A stretch of DNA of 64,000 nt, taken from Candidatus Latescibacterota bacterium. Its GTDB lineage: Bacteria > Latescibacterota > UBA2968 > GCA-2709665. Numbering within the stretch: the stretch's first letter is position 1; each line of letters opens with the position of its first letter. The stretch is from the NCBI GenBank assembly GCA_965203805.1, contig OZ241917.1, forward strand, positions 2,336,001-2,400,000, read 5' to 3'. The notes beneath the pieces were generated by a model. The model did no database searches. It was given only the letters and a program-made list of their open reading frames with translations, and was not told the origin of the DNA. The translations under genes were made by a program, and so were the position numbers. Below are positions 1 through 10,873 of the stretch, in pieces.

Positions 1-232
1 TGCGCAGACCATAGCCGAGACGCTCGACTCTCCGGACAAGCTGCTCTTCGTCGGCCAGATCGGGACTGAGCAGCAATGTCGCCTCGGCCGTCGCGAAATT
101 GACGACCGCCTCGTTTACGCCGCTGGTTTCCTTCAGCTCTTTCTGAATCCGGGCGGCGCAGGCGGCACAACTCATGCCGCTGACGGGCACGGTCAGGCGG
201 ACGGCAGGATTCGATTCGAGAATTCGGGTCAT
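1..232 (-). CDS. copA: Heavy-metal (Cu) P1B-type ATPase, N-terminal HMA domain; runs off the window
   Basis: Manual translation from ATG 232: MTRILESNPAVRLTVPVSGMSCAACAARIQKEL...VNFATAEA, with the GMxCxxC metal-binding motif. Confidence 0.7.
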   Translation of the reverse strand, partial: MTRILESNPAVRLTVPVSGMSCAACAARIQKELKETSGVNEAVVNFATAEATLLLSPDLADEEQLVRRVERLGYGLR

Positions 233-292
233 GGTTGACCTGTCCGGGTTGGCTCAGTAGCGCGAAACGCTTCCGAGTGTGCTCTCCTGAGA

Positions 293-1315
293 TTATTCCA
301 CGGACGCGGGACCTGAAAAATGGTCGAAACCGCGCGTCTTGAGTTCCGTTCTCGCACCCCGAGCATCTTCGAGATGGATACGTCCGTCCCCCGCCTCGAT
401 CCAACCGATGCGGCGGATCCGTGACCCGGCGGCGAGCGCATCGATCTCGCGTCTGCCTCCGGGAGACGCCGTAAACAGCAGTTCATAGTCCTCCCCGCCC
501 GTAATCGGCAGACTCCGTGCTCCCGGAGTCGAGAGTTCGCAGAACCGGCGGAACGCCGGTGAAACGGGAATCTCCGACTCGCGGATCACCGCGGAAACGC
601 CGCTCTGCCTGCAGATATGGCGCAAATCCGAAGCCATCCCGTCCGAAAGATCCAGCATCGACGTTACGGCGCCCGATGCCGCCAGCGCCTGACCCAACGC
701 TACCCTGGGCACCGGCCGGTGGTGCCTGCCCAGCAGAAACTCCCGGTCGTCCGCAGAAAGCCCGATCTCGCCGCCCATCGCCAGCTTCAACCCCGCCGCG
801 GAGTCCCCAAGGGTGCCGGACACGTAAATCAGATCGCCGGGACGGGCGCCGGAGCGGTAGCACACCAGGTCCCGATCCATCTCGCCGGTCAGCGTCAGAT
901 TCATCACCAGCGGCCCGGTACTCCGCGTGGTGTCGCCCCCCACGACGTTCACGCCAAAGCGCGACGCCAATGCGCGTAGTCCGCCGTATACGCGTTCCAT
1001 GTAGTCGACGTCGAAATCAGGCGGAACCGCCAGGGAGACCAGCGCCTCCCCAGGCTCCCCGCCCATCGCCGCGACATCGGACAGATTGACGGCAAGCAGC
1101 TTGTGACCCAGCGACCCTGCATCGGACGCTCCGACCTCGAAATGCACGCCTTCTACCATCAGGTCGGTCGTGATGAGGCGCACCCGTTCTCGTCCGCACG
1201 AAATCACGGCGCAATCGTCCCCGATACCACGCCGTACGTCCCCCGTCCGCGACAATCCTGCCGCCGCAATCCGCTCGATAAATTCGAATTCTCCCATCTC
1301 CCGAAACGTCGTCAC
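293..1315 (-). CDS. thiL: Thiamine-monophosphate kinase
   Basis: GEFEFI, GIGDDCAV, EGVHF, NLSDVAAMGG, GGDT, DLSDG and GGEDYELLFT motifs; GTG start at 1315 after GGAG. Confidence 0.93.
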   Translation of the reverse strand: MTTFREMGEFEFIERIAAAGLSRTGDVRRGIGDDCAVISCGRERVRLITTDLMVEGVHFEVGASDAGSLGHKLLAVNLSDVAAMGGEPGEALVSLAVPPDFDVDYMERVYGGLRALASRFGVNVVGGDTTRSTGPLVMNLTLTGEMDRDLVCYRSGARPGDLIYVSGTLGDSAAGLKLAMGGEIGLSADDREFLLGRHHRPVPRVALGQALAASGAVTSMLDLSDGMASDLRHICRQSGVSAVIRESEIPVSPAFRRFCELSTPGARSLPITGGEDYELLFTASPGGRREIDALAAGSRIRRIGWIEAGDGRIHLEDARGARTELKTRGFDHFSGPASVE

Positions 1316-1388
1316 GGGTTCTCCACCGGAATCGTCGATGCGCTCCGTCAAGAAAGGGCAGGCGAGTCCGTACACGGGGCGGATCGGC

Positions 1389-2156
1389 TCACGCTGAACG
1401 CTCGCGCCGCCGCTGCCAGGCCACGACTTCCGCATAGGGCACGTCGCCGCCGAATATATCCAGTGCGCTGCCGATTGTCAGACCGACGCGCCCTTTACCC
1501 AGTCTCTCGACGCGGTCCAGGTCTTCCAGGCGCCGGGCGCCGCCGGCGTACGTCACTTCGATGGGCGATTCGGCCCCGAGCATCTCCACAAGCGAATCTT
1601 CAATCCCCGTCCGCTTGCCCTCGACGTCCACCCCGTGCACAAGGAAGCCGTCGCAGAATTCCGAAAGCCAGGCCAACGTTGGACCGTCCACCTGAACGCT
1701 GGTGAACTTCTGCCACAGGTCGGTCACCACCAGATACGCATCGCCCCGTCTTCGGCAGCTCAGATCCAGCACCAGTCTGTCACGACCGACAGTACCCGCC
1801 ATCATGTCCAGTCGGTCGGTATCCACGCGCCCGTCTCGAAACACATACGAAGTGACGATCACGTGGCTGGCGCCGGCATCCAGATATCGCAGCGCGTTCT
1901 CCGGCCGGATGCCGCCACCCACCCGGAACCCGCCGGGCCAGGCGGACAGCGCCGCCAGGGCCGCGGACTCGTTGCCCGGGCCCAGCATGATGACGTGGCC
2001 TCCCGGCAGGTTGTCGGCCCTGTACAGCTCCGCGTAGTCGGCCGCCGCGCGGTCTGTCTCAAAGTTCGTCGCCGGCGTTTCACCGCCTCGCACGGATCCA
2101 CCCACAATTTGCACCACGCGCCCGCCGCGCAGATCGATACACGGCCTGAAATTCAC
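1389..2156 (-). CDS. hisA: ProFAR isomerase (His6/eukaryote-like HisA type)
   Basis: FRPCIDLRGGRVVQIVGG, GGHVIMLG, HGVDVEGK, TYAGG, LTIGSALDIFGG; GTG start chosen. Confidence 0.88.
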   Translation of the reverse strand: MNFRPCIDLRGGRVVQIVGGSVRGGETPATNFETDRAAADYAELYRADNLPGGHVIMLGPGNESAALAALSAWPGGFRVGGGIRPENALRYLDAGASHVIVTSYVFRDGRVDTDRLDMMAGTVGRDRLVLDLSCRRRGDAYLVVTDLWQKFTSVQVDGPTLAWLSEFCDGFLVHGVDVEGKRTGIEDSLVEMLGAESPIEVTYAGGARRLEDLDRVERLGKGRVGLTIGSALDIFGGDVPYAEVVAWQRRRERSA

Positions 2157-2443
2157 GGAGTTGCCTCGCTGCAGACGGAAAATCGGACGGCCGCGCCATA
2201 CGACGCCCGATGCCGGAACCGTGCAGGCTTCCTGTGTTGTCACCGCATCCGTCTCGCCCGGAAGGTCCGGAAGACAGCCGTTTCAATATAACGTACAATA
2301 CCACCCACTTCAACCCTCGCCCAGCCGTTACAACGCCAAGAAAAAACCGAAGGCTCGCGCCTCCGGCGTTGACATCGCGCATTTGGAAGACCACTTCAAC
2401 AACCACCCCCGGAAACGGCCCGCCATTGGCCGCGGGGATCCGT

Positions 2444-5400
2444 TCAGTCGTCGGCGGACTGATGGTAGGCGGCATTGCGGGAAAACGCGGCGCTGACGAT
2501 TCTTTGCAGAACGGCGCGCAGGTCGTCCAGCAGCGTGTAGCATATCGGCACAAGCAGCAGGGTCAGAAACGTGGACGCCAGCAACCCGCCCATCAGGGTC
2601 CGGCCAAGCGGCGCGTAGGGAATCCCGATGAGATTGCTGTTGCCCAATGCCATTGGCAACAGGCCGCACACCGTGGTAAACGTGGTCATCAGAATGGGGC
2701 GAAACCGGTTGTGCCCGGCCTCCAGAATAGCCTCGGTCCGGTTCATGCCCTCTTGACGCATTCGGTTTATCATATCCACCAGGACAATGGCGTTGTTGAC
2801 AACGACGCCGATAAGTACAATCATGCCGATGTTGGCCATCATGTCCATCGGCGTGCCGGTCAGATAGAGCGTCCAGTACACCCCCAGGAACGAAAACGGA
2901 ATGGAAAACAACACCGAAAACGGAAGAACCACGGACTCGAACAACACCCCCATCAGCAGAAAGACGCACGTTACTGCCATCACCACCGCAAAAATCGTCT
3001 CGTTGTCCGACTCCTGGAACCTGGCGAAGCGTTCGCCCTTGTTCCACGAATATCCCCGCGGCATATGGAAGCCGGCCATCGCCCGATCGATTTCGGCGTA
3101 AAGACCCTTCAGATCATCCTTTGTCGTAAACGCCTTCACCGGCAGACGCGTCTTGCCGTCTTCCCTCCGGATTCTCTCGCGCCCCGGCGTCACCTTGAAA
3201 GTGGCCAATTCGGACAGGGGGATTTCCTCTCCGGATGCCGACCTGAACATGAAACTCTTGAGGTGATGCAGCGTCTGCCGGTCCGCCTCTTCCAGGTACA
3301 GTCGCGTATCCACCTCGCGCTCACCGGACTGGTACCGGGGCAGGCTCACGCCCTGCATCGTGAAGGCCAGGGTCCGCGCCACGACCTGCGGCGAAATCCC
3401 GTAGCGCCTCGCGCGGACTCGATGAATATGGACCTGCACCTCGTCTGTGGACCGTTCCAGGTCGGAATCCACGTTCACGACCGAGGGAATCTGCCGGAGC
3501 CGGCGCTCGACTTCCGTCACGAGGCCGGCCAGCACCTCGGTGTCGTCTCCGTAGAGATAGACCGAAACCGAAGGATCGCCGCCGCCACGGGCGCGGCTCT
3601 CCACGCCGATCCGAACGCCCACGTACTTGGGCATGTTCTTCTTCAGGTCAGCGATGACCTCCGTACGGGCGATCGTGTTGTCCACCGGAACGCCCAGACC
3701 CGACCGCAGGTTCTTGTACGCGACGTACCACCACGCCTCGTTGGGATTCGCATCCAGAAAAATCTCGAAATTCCCCCGGGTCTTGCGGAACCAGGACCGG
3801 ATGGTCCGGATGCCGTATGCCTCTCGCTTTGAATTCAGAAACTCCTCGACCTCGTTCATCAGTTCAAAGGTCTCGTATGTCGTAAAGTCGCGGGGGGTCC
3901 GAATATTGATATCTATATCGTTGATATTGCCACGAGAGGAATCCGACCGTTTCATTTTGTCCGCCGGAATCGCGATGGTCGCAAAAACCGCCAGGAGGAT
4001 CAATATGGCGTCCCTGCGGTGGCTCAACGCCCAGTTCAGCACGCGCCCGTAGCGCGTCCGCGCCCAGCCGATGGACTTCGAATCCGGCTTTACCCGGCTG
4101 CCCCCGAACCGCACCGAAGCCAGTGGAATGATCAGGAGCGCCACGAACAACGATCCCACCAGCATCACAATGACCGGGACGCCCATGCGAGAGAGATAGA
4201 ACGTCATCCCCACGTTCCCGGTCATCAACATCAACGGCAGAAAGACTACAACCGTGGTCAGCGTGGCCATGGTAATCGCCATGGCAACTTCGCTGGCGCC
4301 CGCCACGGCTGCAGGCCGGGGGGATTCGCCCTTCTCGCGCCGCCGGTAGATGTTCTCCAGGATGACGACGGCATTGTCCACAACCATCCCCACACCCACC
4401 ATCAATCCCATCATCGTCATGAGATTCAGAGACCACCCGGAAAAATAAAGCACCGTTACGGTTATCATGGCGCACAGCGGTATGGACAGCGTGATGATGG
4501 CCGTCATACGTAGGACGCGCAGGAAGAACAGAAGAACCAGCGCGGCGAACAACCCGCCCCAGAGGCCCGTATTCCTCAAATTGGCAACGGACGCCCGGAT
4601 GAGTTCGCCCTGGTTGAAAAACACATTGAACTGGATCCTGCCCGCCGCGGCGGACCCGGTCTCGATCTCCTCGAGCGCCGCTGAAACACGGTCGCACACC
4701 GTGGCGATATCGGCCCCCGACTCGGCCTTGATGCCCACGGAAGAAGCCGGTTGGCCGTCGATTCTCTGATACCAGCTTCGGGCCGGGATATCGTAGACAA
4801 CGTCGGCGACTTCCCGCAATCTGACGACGCCCCGGCGCGAGCTTATAGGGATATTTCCGACCTCGTCGAGAGTGCGGTACCGCGCCAGGGAACGGACGTA
4901 GAATTTCTTGGCGCCTTCGTTGACGTAACCGCTCTTGAGCGCGAAATTGTCGTTCTGCAGGCTTTGTACCATCTCATAGATATTCACGCCCCTCGCCATC
5001 AGTTGCTCGCGGTTGATTTCGATCATCACCTCTTTGGGGTCGGCGCCCCAAAGTTCCACTCTGGCCACTCCTTCGATGCGTTCAAGGGGCCGTTGAACGT
5101 GCGTTTCCAGGAAACGGTACACGTCCACGATCGTGGAGTCCAGGGCCGCGCCGATCCACATGATGTTCCAGCCCTCGTCATTGTACTTCCAGACGAAGAC
5201 ATTGTCCCGCACCTCCTCCGGGAGTTCCGGTTTGAGCCGGTCCAGTTGATCCCTCAACTGGTTGTACGCCAGGGTCATGTCGGCATCCTGCTGAAACCGG
5301 AGGGGGGCGCCCACACCGCGGCTGTCCGTGTACGTCCGGACCTGTTCGATTCCCTTGATGGTCCGCAGACGCTCCTCGAGGGGGCGTGTGATCTGCTGTT

Positions 5401-5626
5401 CGACCTCCTGAGGTGTGGCGTTCGAGCCGGGATACCGTACGCTCAACCACAGGAAGGGCGGATCGAATCCGGCCGGCATCATCTTCACCGCGATCCGCGA
5501 ATAGGCGACGGCGCCCATAACGAGCAGGGCGATCAGACACACCGTGATTGTTACGGGTCGATTGACGGATATGGATGAAAGAAGGGAGGATCGGCTGTTC
5601 ATCGGAAACGGCGCTCCATCAGGCAT
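2444..5626 (-). CDS. RND efflux permease (AcrB/AcrD/AcrF family)
   Basis: 1060 aa; GMVVDNAVVILENI, GVVVNNAIVLVD and RFRPILMTT signatures. Confidence 0.92.
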   Translation of the reverse strand: MPDGAPFPMNSRSSLLSSISVNRPVTITVCLIALLVMGAVAYSRIAVKMMPAGFDPPFLWLSVRYPGSNATPQEVEQQITRPLEERLRTIKGIEQVRTYTDSRGVGAPLRFQQDADMTLAYNQLRDQLDRLKPELPEEVRDNVFVWKYNDEGWNIMWIGAALDSTIVDVYRFLETHVQRPLERIEGVARVELWGADPKEVMIEINREQLMARGVNIYEMVQSLQNDNFALKSGYVNEGAKKFYVRSLARYRTLDEVGNIPISSRRGVVRLREVADVVYDIPARSWYQRIDGQPASSVGIKAESGADIATVCDRVSAALEEIETGSAAAGRIQFNVFFNQGELIRASVANLRNTGLWGGLFAALVLLFFLRVLRMTAIITLSIPLCAMITVTVLYFSGWSLNLMTMMGLMVGVGMVVDNAVVILENIYRRREKGESPRPAAVAGASEVAMAITMATLTTVVVFLPLMLMTGNVGMTFYLSRMGVPVIVMLVGSLFVALLIIPLASVRFGGSRVKPDSKSIGWARTRYGRVLNWALSHRRDAILILLAVFATIAIPADKMKRSDSSRGNINDIDINIRTPRDFTTYETFELMNEVEEFLNSKREAYGIRTIRSWFRKTRGNFEIFLDANPNEAWWYVAYKNLRSGLGVPVDNTIARTEVIADLKKNMPKYVGVRIGVESRARGGGDPSVSVYLYGDDTEVLAGLVTEVERRLRQIPSVVNVDSDLERSTDEVQVHIHRVRARRYGISPQVVARTLAFTMQGVSLPRYQSGEREVDTRLYLEEADRQTLHHLKSFMFRSASGEEIPLSELATFKVTPGRERIRREDGKTRLPVKAFTTKDDLKGLYAEIDRAMAGFHMPRGYSWNKGERFARFQESDNETIFAVVMAVTCVFLLMGVLFESVVLPFSVLFSIPFSFLGVYWTLYLTGTPMDMMANIGMIVLIGVVVNNAIVLVDMINRMRQEGMNRTEAILEAGHNRFRPILMTTFTTVCGLLPMALGNSNLIGIPYAPLGRTLMGGLLASTFLTLLLVPICYTLLDDLRAVLQRIVSAAFSRNAAYHQSADD

Positions 5627-5813
5627 CGCGCGGCGTCGTGCACTTCCGGCGGTCTGAGACGGTTGCGGGTCACAACGTTAAGACGCGCCAGCGCCGGATA
5701 TGATTCAGACATTCGATAGAAGACGCAGGCGATGCGGAAGGAAAAGCGCCCGGGTTGGGATCCCGGCAACGGAACCGGCGGCCGGCGAATGGTTGAGCGG
5801 ATGCCGGCTGCCT

Positions 5814-6152
5814 TTACGATGCGTCCACGATGCGGCGAAGCGATTTCTTGCGGGACTGCCGGCGTTTCTGCTCCAGGCGTTTTTCTCTGGAGGCGCGCGA
5901 GGGTCTGGTTGGTATTCGGGATCTGACCGTGTGATTCAATCCGATGAGTTTTCGCCGGAGACGCTGGAGGGCGAGGTCTCTGTTGCGTCCCTGGAAACGA
6001 TGTTCCGACGCAACGACCGTGATACCCGTGGGAATGTGTATGAGCCTGACCGCGCTTTCAACCTTGTTGCGGTGCTGGCCTCCGGGTCCCCCGCCGCGAA
6101 AGGGATGGAATCGCACTTCCTTGAGGAGTATATCGGGATTGGTATTATACAT
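5814..6152 (-). CDS. arfB: Peptidyl-tRNA hydrolase / ribosome rescue factor (RF-1 domain)
   Basis: GPGGQHRNKVESAVRL (GGQ motif) and basic tail RIPTRPSRASREKRL...K. Confidence 0.85.
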   Translation of the reverse strand: MYNTNPDILLKEVRFHPFRGGGPGGQHRNKVESAVRLIHIPTGITVVASEHRFQGRNRDLALQRLRRKLIGLNHTVRSRIPTRPSRASREKRLEQKRRQSRKKSLRRIVDAS

Positions 6153-6227
6153 GCCGGGATCCCGGTCACTTCTCCGCCGCTCCGGTCTCGCCATACCGGA
6201 CCGGATGCGGGATCCTGCGACCCTCAT

Positions 6228-7454
6228 CTACAACAATCCGGCTCGGCGGAGGGCGTCGGCCATGACGCTTTCAGATTTGTTTTCGGACGTGTCTTCCTTG
6301 ACCTTGAACGCTTCGACTTCCTTGACTTCAACCGCCTTCTTTTCTTCTTCCTGAACGTCGCGTATGGAAAGGGAGATGCGTTTCCTCTCCCGGTCGATTT
6401 TCCGGATTCTGGCGCGCACCTCCTGGCCTACCGAAACCGCGTCGGCAGGCCGCGCAACGCGGCTTCTGGCGAGCTGGGATACGTGTACCAGACCCTCAAC
6501 ACCCGGCAAGACTTCGACAAAGGCGCCGAACTGCTGTATCGAGACGACCTTTCCGGAAATGACCTCCCCTTCCCGGACTTTCTCGATCGCGCCGTCCCAG
6601 GGGTCGGGCTGGAGCGCCTTCAAGGAAAGCGAGATTCGTTCCTTGTCTCCTCCAAGGTCCTTGAGTTCGAGGATCTTCACGTTCACCTCGTCTCCGGACC
6701 GCAGCACGTCTTTCGGATGCCCCACGCGGTTGTGCGCGATCTCCGAAATGTGGACCAGCCCCTCCACGCCGCCGAGGTCGACAAATGCGCCGAACCTCTC
6801 CAGGCGGGTGACTCTTCCGGTGACTTCGGCGCCTTCGCTGAGCTTTTCGCGCAGTTCGTCCGCGCGGCGGGCGGCCTCGGCTTCGAGATGGGCGCGGCGT
6901 GACAGTACGATATTTCGACCCCTGCCCCGAAATTCCACAATCTTGAAGGTAAGGGTCTGGCCCGCATACGAGGCCAGATCCTTGCTGTAACCCGTATCGA
7001 TCTGTGAAACGGGACAGAAAGCCCTGCGCCCCCCGAGGTTGACAACCAGACCGCCAGAGTTGAACCCGGTAACCCGTCCGTCGACAGGGATGCCGCTCTC
7101 GTAGGCCTGCCGCAGTATCTGAACGTTGCCCGTACGCCGTGAAAGCGTCAGTCGGACTTCGTTCTCAACCGAGGCGACAAAGGCTTCGATATTGTCGCCA
7201 ACCTGGCATGAAACCTCGCCATGTTCGTCTCTCAGTTCCTGGATGTCGACAACGGCCTCACTCCTGCCCCCATAGTCTACGAACACGGAAGATTCATCGA
7301 TGGTCCGGATGCGGCCTGAGAGGCGCTGTCCCACCGAAAGAACAGGCACGGGCGCCTGGTCCTGCTCCTCTTCGAGCATGGCTGCGAATTCGTCGCTCGA
7401 CTGGTCCGAAACGTATTTCTCGTCCATTTCCTGCACATTTCGTGGTTCGCTCAT
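6228..7454 (-). CDS. rpsA: Ribosomal protein S1-like protein (four S1 domains)
   Basis: Repeated FGAFVDLGGVEGLVHISE and RISLS S1 motifs; 408 aa short form. Confidence 0.8.
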   Translation of the reverse strand: MSEPRNVQEMDEKYVSDQSSDEFAAMLEEEQDQAPVPVLSVGQRLSGRIRTIDESSVFVDYGGRSEAVVDIQELRDEHGEVSCQVGDNIEAFVASVENEVRLTLSRRTGNVQILRQAYESGIPVDGRVTGFNSGGLVVNLGGRRAFCPVSQIDTGYSKDLASYAGQTLTFKIVEFRGRGRNIVLSRRAHLEAEAARRADELREKLSEGAEVTGRVTRLERFGAFVDLGGVEGLVHISEIAHNRVGHPKDVLRSGDEVNVKILELKDLGGDKERISLSLKALQPDPWDGAIEKVREGEVISGKVVSIQQFGAFVEVLPGVEGLVHVSQLARSRVARPADAVSVGQEVRARIRKIDRERKRISLSIRDVQEEEKKAVEVKEVEAFKVKEDTSENKSESVMADALRRAGLL

Positions 7455-7777
7455 GCGGTTTCTCTCATGCTCCCTTTCCGGCGATGTTCGGGCAATCCCC
7501 CGCGCTCCCGCCCGGCGCGTACGGCGCAGGGATCTTCAGGCATTCTCCGATCAGGAGGCCATCGGATCAAGACAAATAAAGGTATGAAAAAATTCGAAAT
7601 ACGCAAGGTTTTTTTGGAAATCCGAAATCGCGGCCCGGGCGCGGGCCGGCAGGATCGCCATGTGTGCGGATCCGGTCCCGAAGGGTCAGGGAAATCTCAA
7701 CGTTGATTGCGCACGGACGTTATGGTATATTCTGGAGTACCTCGGCAGGAAGCTCACGATCGGACAGGGGACGGAAG

Positions 7778-8989
7778 ATGAACGAGAAGATCGAAGAGGC
7801 TCGGCAGGCCGCGCTTCAGACATTGAAGCCGCGAAAGAAAGAGCTGGAACACGGGTTGGCCCTTCACGGGGACTCCATCGTGTGTGACACGTACGGATTC
7901 GCGCCGCGGGCGGCCATCGATGGCGACGCGATGGCGGCCGCAGTGGAAGCCGGTGCGTCGGCGGCCGAATTGAACGATATGAACGAGGAAATGTCGATGA
8001 CCCGGTGCGCGACCGATCCGGTCGAGCGGGCTGAGTTTCAGGAGGCATGGCTGTCGGCAGGGGTGACGTGTATCGTGCAGAACGCGGGAGAAGAGGGGCA
8101 GGCGCCGTTACGGTTGATCAAACGTCTCGCCCGGTTTACGTACGTGGCCGACGTGATGCGGGATTTTCTGCTTCGGGCGACCACGCCCGCGGATATAGAG
8201 GCGGCCAGGGCGCAGGGGAGACAGTGTTTCTATATGAGCGGCAACGGCGTACCCCTGTCGCAGGACTGGGTGTCCGTCGAGGAGGAACTGAGATATATCC
8301 GTACTTTCTTTCAGCTCGGGATTCGCATGATGCACCTCACGTACAACCGGCGGAATATGATTGGCGACGGGTGCGCCGAGCCCGCCAATGCGGGCTTGAG
8401 CGATTTCGGCAGATCGGTCGTGGCCGAAATGAACCGGGTGGGCGTGATCGTAGACGTGGCGCACGCCGGCTGGCAGACCAGCCTCGAAGCGGCCAGGGCG
8501 TCCACGGCGCCCATGGTGGCCAGCCATTCCGGCTGCTGCGCGGTGAACGAACACATCCGGTGCAAACCGGACGACGTGATCCGGGCGATTGCGGATACGG
8601 GCGGTTACGTGGGCATCTGCTGCATTCCGGCGTTTCTGGGTCGAAGCGGAGACATACAGGCTCTGCTGGATCACGTCGATCATTTGGTTGGAACGGTGGG
8701 CGCCGACCACGTAACGATCGGGACGGATACGGCGTACGCGTCACGCGCGTCCGGCAAGGAGCGGAAAAAGGCGCCCCGACCGCTCGCGCGGCCGCGATGG
8801 GCGTATTTCTGGCCCTCTGACGCATTTGGCGCACACTGGCGGCAGGAACACATGGTGAAGAGCCTGGCGTGGACCAACTGGCCGCTCTTTACGGTGGGAA
8901 TGGTACAGCGCGGTTATTCGGACGCGGATATCCGCAAGATCCTCGGCGGCAACATGCTCCGTGTGGCGCGGGCGGCTCTGGCCTCCTGA
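7778..8989 (+). CDS. Membrane dipeptidase (peptidase M19)
   Basis: LTYNRRN, GLSDFGR, EMNRVGVIVDVAH, ASHS, GTD motifs. Confidence 0.85.
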   Translation: MNEKIEEARQAALQTLKPRKKELEHGLALHGDSIVCDTYGFAPRAAIDGDAMAAAVEAGASAAELNDMNEEMSMTRCATDPVERAEFQEAWLSAGVTCIVQNAGEEGQAPLRLIKRLARFTYVADVMRDFLLRATTPADIEAARAQGRQCFYMSGNGVPLSQDWVSVEEELRYIRTFFQLGIRMMHLTYNRRNMIGDGCAEPANAGLSDFGRSVVAEMNRVGVIVDVAHAGWQTSLEAARASTAPMVASHSGCCAVNEHIRCKPDDVIRAIADTGGYVGICCIPAFLGRSGDIQALLDHVDHLVGTVGADHVTIGTDTAYASRASGKERKKAPRPLARPRWAYFWPSDAFGAHWRQEHMVKSLAWTNWPLFTVGMVQRGYSDADIRKILGGNMLRVARAALAS

Positions 8990-9050
8990 TGGCCGCACCG
9001 GCATCCGTGTCATTCCGGAAAGACCGCGGCGCCACAGAAAAGGCTGTTTC

Positions 9051-10298
9051 ATGACCGGAAACCTCAATCGTCTGTCGCTTCTCCTGGTTTTCTGTTTTAC
9101 TTTCGTGCATCCGGCGCGTGGACAGCGTCCGACGTTGATCTGGCAGCCTGAGAATTCCGCGACGCAACGTTCGACAGACTCGCTGGCGGACTTCGACGGC
9201 GACGGCGACGTCGGGTTTTCGGATTTCGTGCTGTTCGCGCGCAGTTTCAACGCCCGGGAAGGCGAAGCGGCGTACGACGCCCGGCTGGACCTGAACGGCG
9301 ACGGCACCGTCAACTTTCCCGATTTTATCGCGTTCAGCGCCGCATTTGGCGGCGTTTCCAACGGTGCGACGTCCACCCGCCATGCGGTTTACGTACTCGA
9401 CCCGGTGTTGGGAGGGGCGGCGATTTTCGATTCGGAATCCCATCTGCTAACGGACTATCTGAGGTTCCGGGGTCCCACCGGTATCGCGGTCTCCGCTGAC
9501 GAGCGGGCTGTTTACGTCTCGGAAGGATTCGGGCTTTTCGCCATAAACGCAAATCACGAAGCGCTGTTCTCGATACCAACGGAGTCTCAGGGACGTGTCG
9601 TGCTCAGCCCCGACGAGCAGTTCGCTTACGTGACCGAAGAACGACACGACCGGTTGGTGGTGCTGGACCTGGTCGCCCGGATTCCCGTGGATACGATTTC
9701 GGTCGGCGACCGGCCGATCGACGTGGCGATCACCCCGGACGGGAAAAAGCTCTACGTGGCGAACGCCGACAGCCGCGACGTTACCGTCATCGACGTGGAT
9801 CAGGGGGAGGTCGTGGCCGGCATAATCATCGGCGGCGTCCCCGGTGAGATCGACGTTACGGCGGACGGGGCGCGGGCGTACGTGACGAACGTCGACCGGG
9901 GTGTGGTTTCGGTTTTGGATTTGAATTCGGATCGGGTTGCGGGGGGCATCCAGCTGAGGGGAGATTCCGCGAGGGGGCTGGCGTTCTCGCCAGACGGCCA
10001 GACGCTCTACGTGGCTTCCACGGGCACGCAGACCGGCGGATTCCTGCTCTCCGTCGACGTGCAGCGCAATCTCATATCCCGGCGGCTCCACGTGGGCGAC
10101 GCCGCGTCCACGGTCGGCGTCTCGCCGGATGGCTCGCGCCTTTACATCGGCACGCTGGTGCTGGACGGCGGCGGCCCGGGCCTGAGCGCCGTCGACCTGA
10201 ATGACTGGCGGGTGCTGGGGCGGGTGCTGGGAGTCGACTTTATCGCACAGTTCGCCTTCCGCACTCTGTCTGAGCGGGAGTCCGCGGGGGATCGCTGA
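9051..10298 (+). CDS. Secreted EF-hand/dockerin-like plus YVTN beta-propeller protein
   Basis: Signal peptide; DFDGDGDVGFSDF and DLNGDGTVNFPDF loops; repeated SPDG..YV(T/A)N units. Confidence 0.8.
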   Translation: MTGNLNRLSLLLVFCFTFVHPARGQRPTLIWQPENSATQRSTDSLADFDGDGDVGFSDFVLFARSFNAREGEAAYDARLDLNGDGTVNFPDFIAFSAAFGGVSNGATSTRHAVYVLDPVLGGAAIFDSESHLLTDYLRFRGPTGIAVSADERAVYVSEGFGLFAINANHEALFSIPTESQGRVVLSPDEQFAYVTEERHDRLVVLDLVARIPVDTISVGDRPIDVAITPDGKKLYVANADSRDVTVIDVDQGEVVAGIIIGGVPGEIDVTADGARAYVTNVDRGVVSVLDLNSDRVAGGIQLRGDSARGLAFSPDGQTLYVASTGTQTGGFLLSVDVQRNLISRRLHVGDAASTVGVSPDGSRLYIGTLVLDGGGPGLSAVDLNDWRVLGRVLGVDFIAQFAFRTLSERESAGDR

Positions 10299-10339
10299 AC
10301 GCGGAAACCCCCCGTCGGGCTCGCGGTATTGCGGTAACT

Positions 10340-10873
10340 TCAGTCGACGGCCTTGATAATACGGATCTTGACCCGGGCGACCCCCTCCTCCACCATGTCC
10401 AGGCGACGGGCCGCACCCAGAGAAAGGTCCAGAATCCGGCCTTCGACAAAGGGTCCCCTGTCGTTGACCGTCACTTTGACGTTTCGTCCGTTTCCAAGAT
10501 GGGTTACATGGATGACGGTACCGAGCGGAAGTTCCCGATGTGCCGCGGAGAGTCCGTACATATTGTAGATCTCACCGCTTGCGGTGGGACGGCCGTGGAA
10601 CTTGTGCGCGTAATACGAGGCAAAGCCGACCTGAAAAGCGTCTTTGGTGGAAATCACGGGAGCGTCGGCGGCTGTCTTTTCGGAGTCGGTTCCTGGCGGC
10701 GAGGAGCGATACCTGGGACGGGAGAAACAGCCTGAACTAAGGCCGATTGCAAATATCAGGAGCACGTGAACTGCAACGCGGTCAGCCCCGCGGCCCGGTT
10801 TCGAACGAACCCACGAGGTCCGAGATTCGCCCGATCCGTTGGCTGCGGCAGTATTCGGCAAGGCCATCGACAA
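10340..10873 (-). CDS. rlpA: Septal ring lytic transglycosylase RlpA-family lipoprotein (true start probably downstream of 10873)
   Basis: GFASYY, FHGRPTASGE, AAHRELPLG, VNDRGPF, RILDLS. Confidence 0.85.
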   Translation of the reverse strand: MSMALPNTAAANGSGESRTSWVRSKPGRGADRVAVHVLLIFAIGLSSGCFSRPRYRSSPPGTDSEKTAADAPVISTKDAFQVGFASYYAHKFHGRPTASGEIYNMYGLSAAHRELPLGTVIHVTHLGNGRNVKVTVNDRGPFVEGRILDLSLGAARRLDMVEEGVARVKIRIIKAVD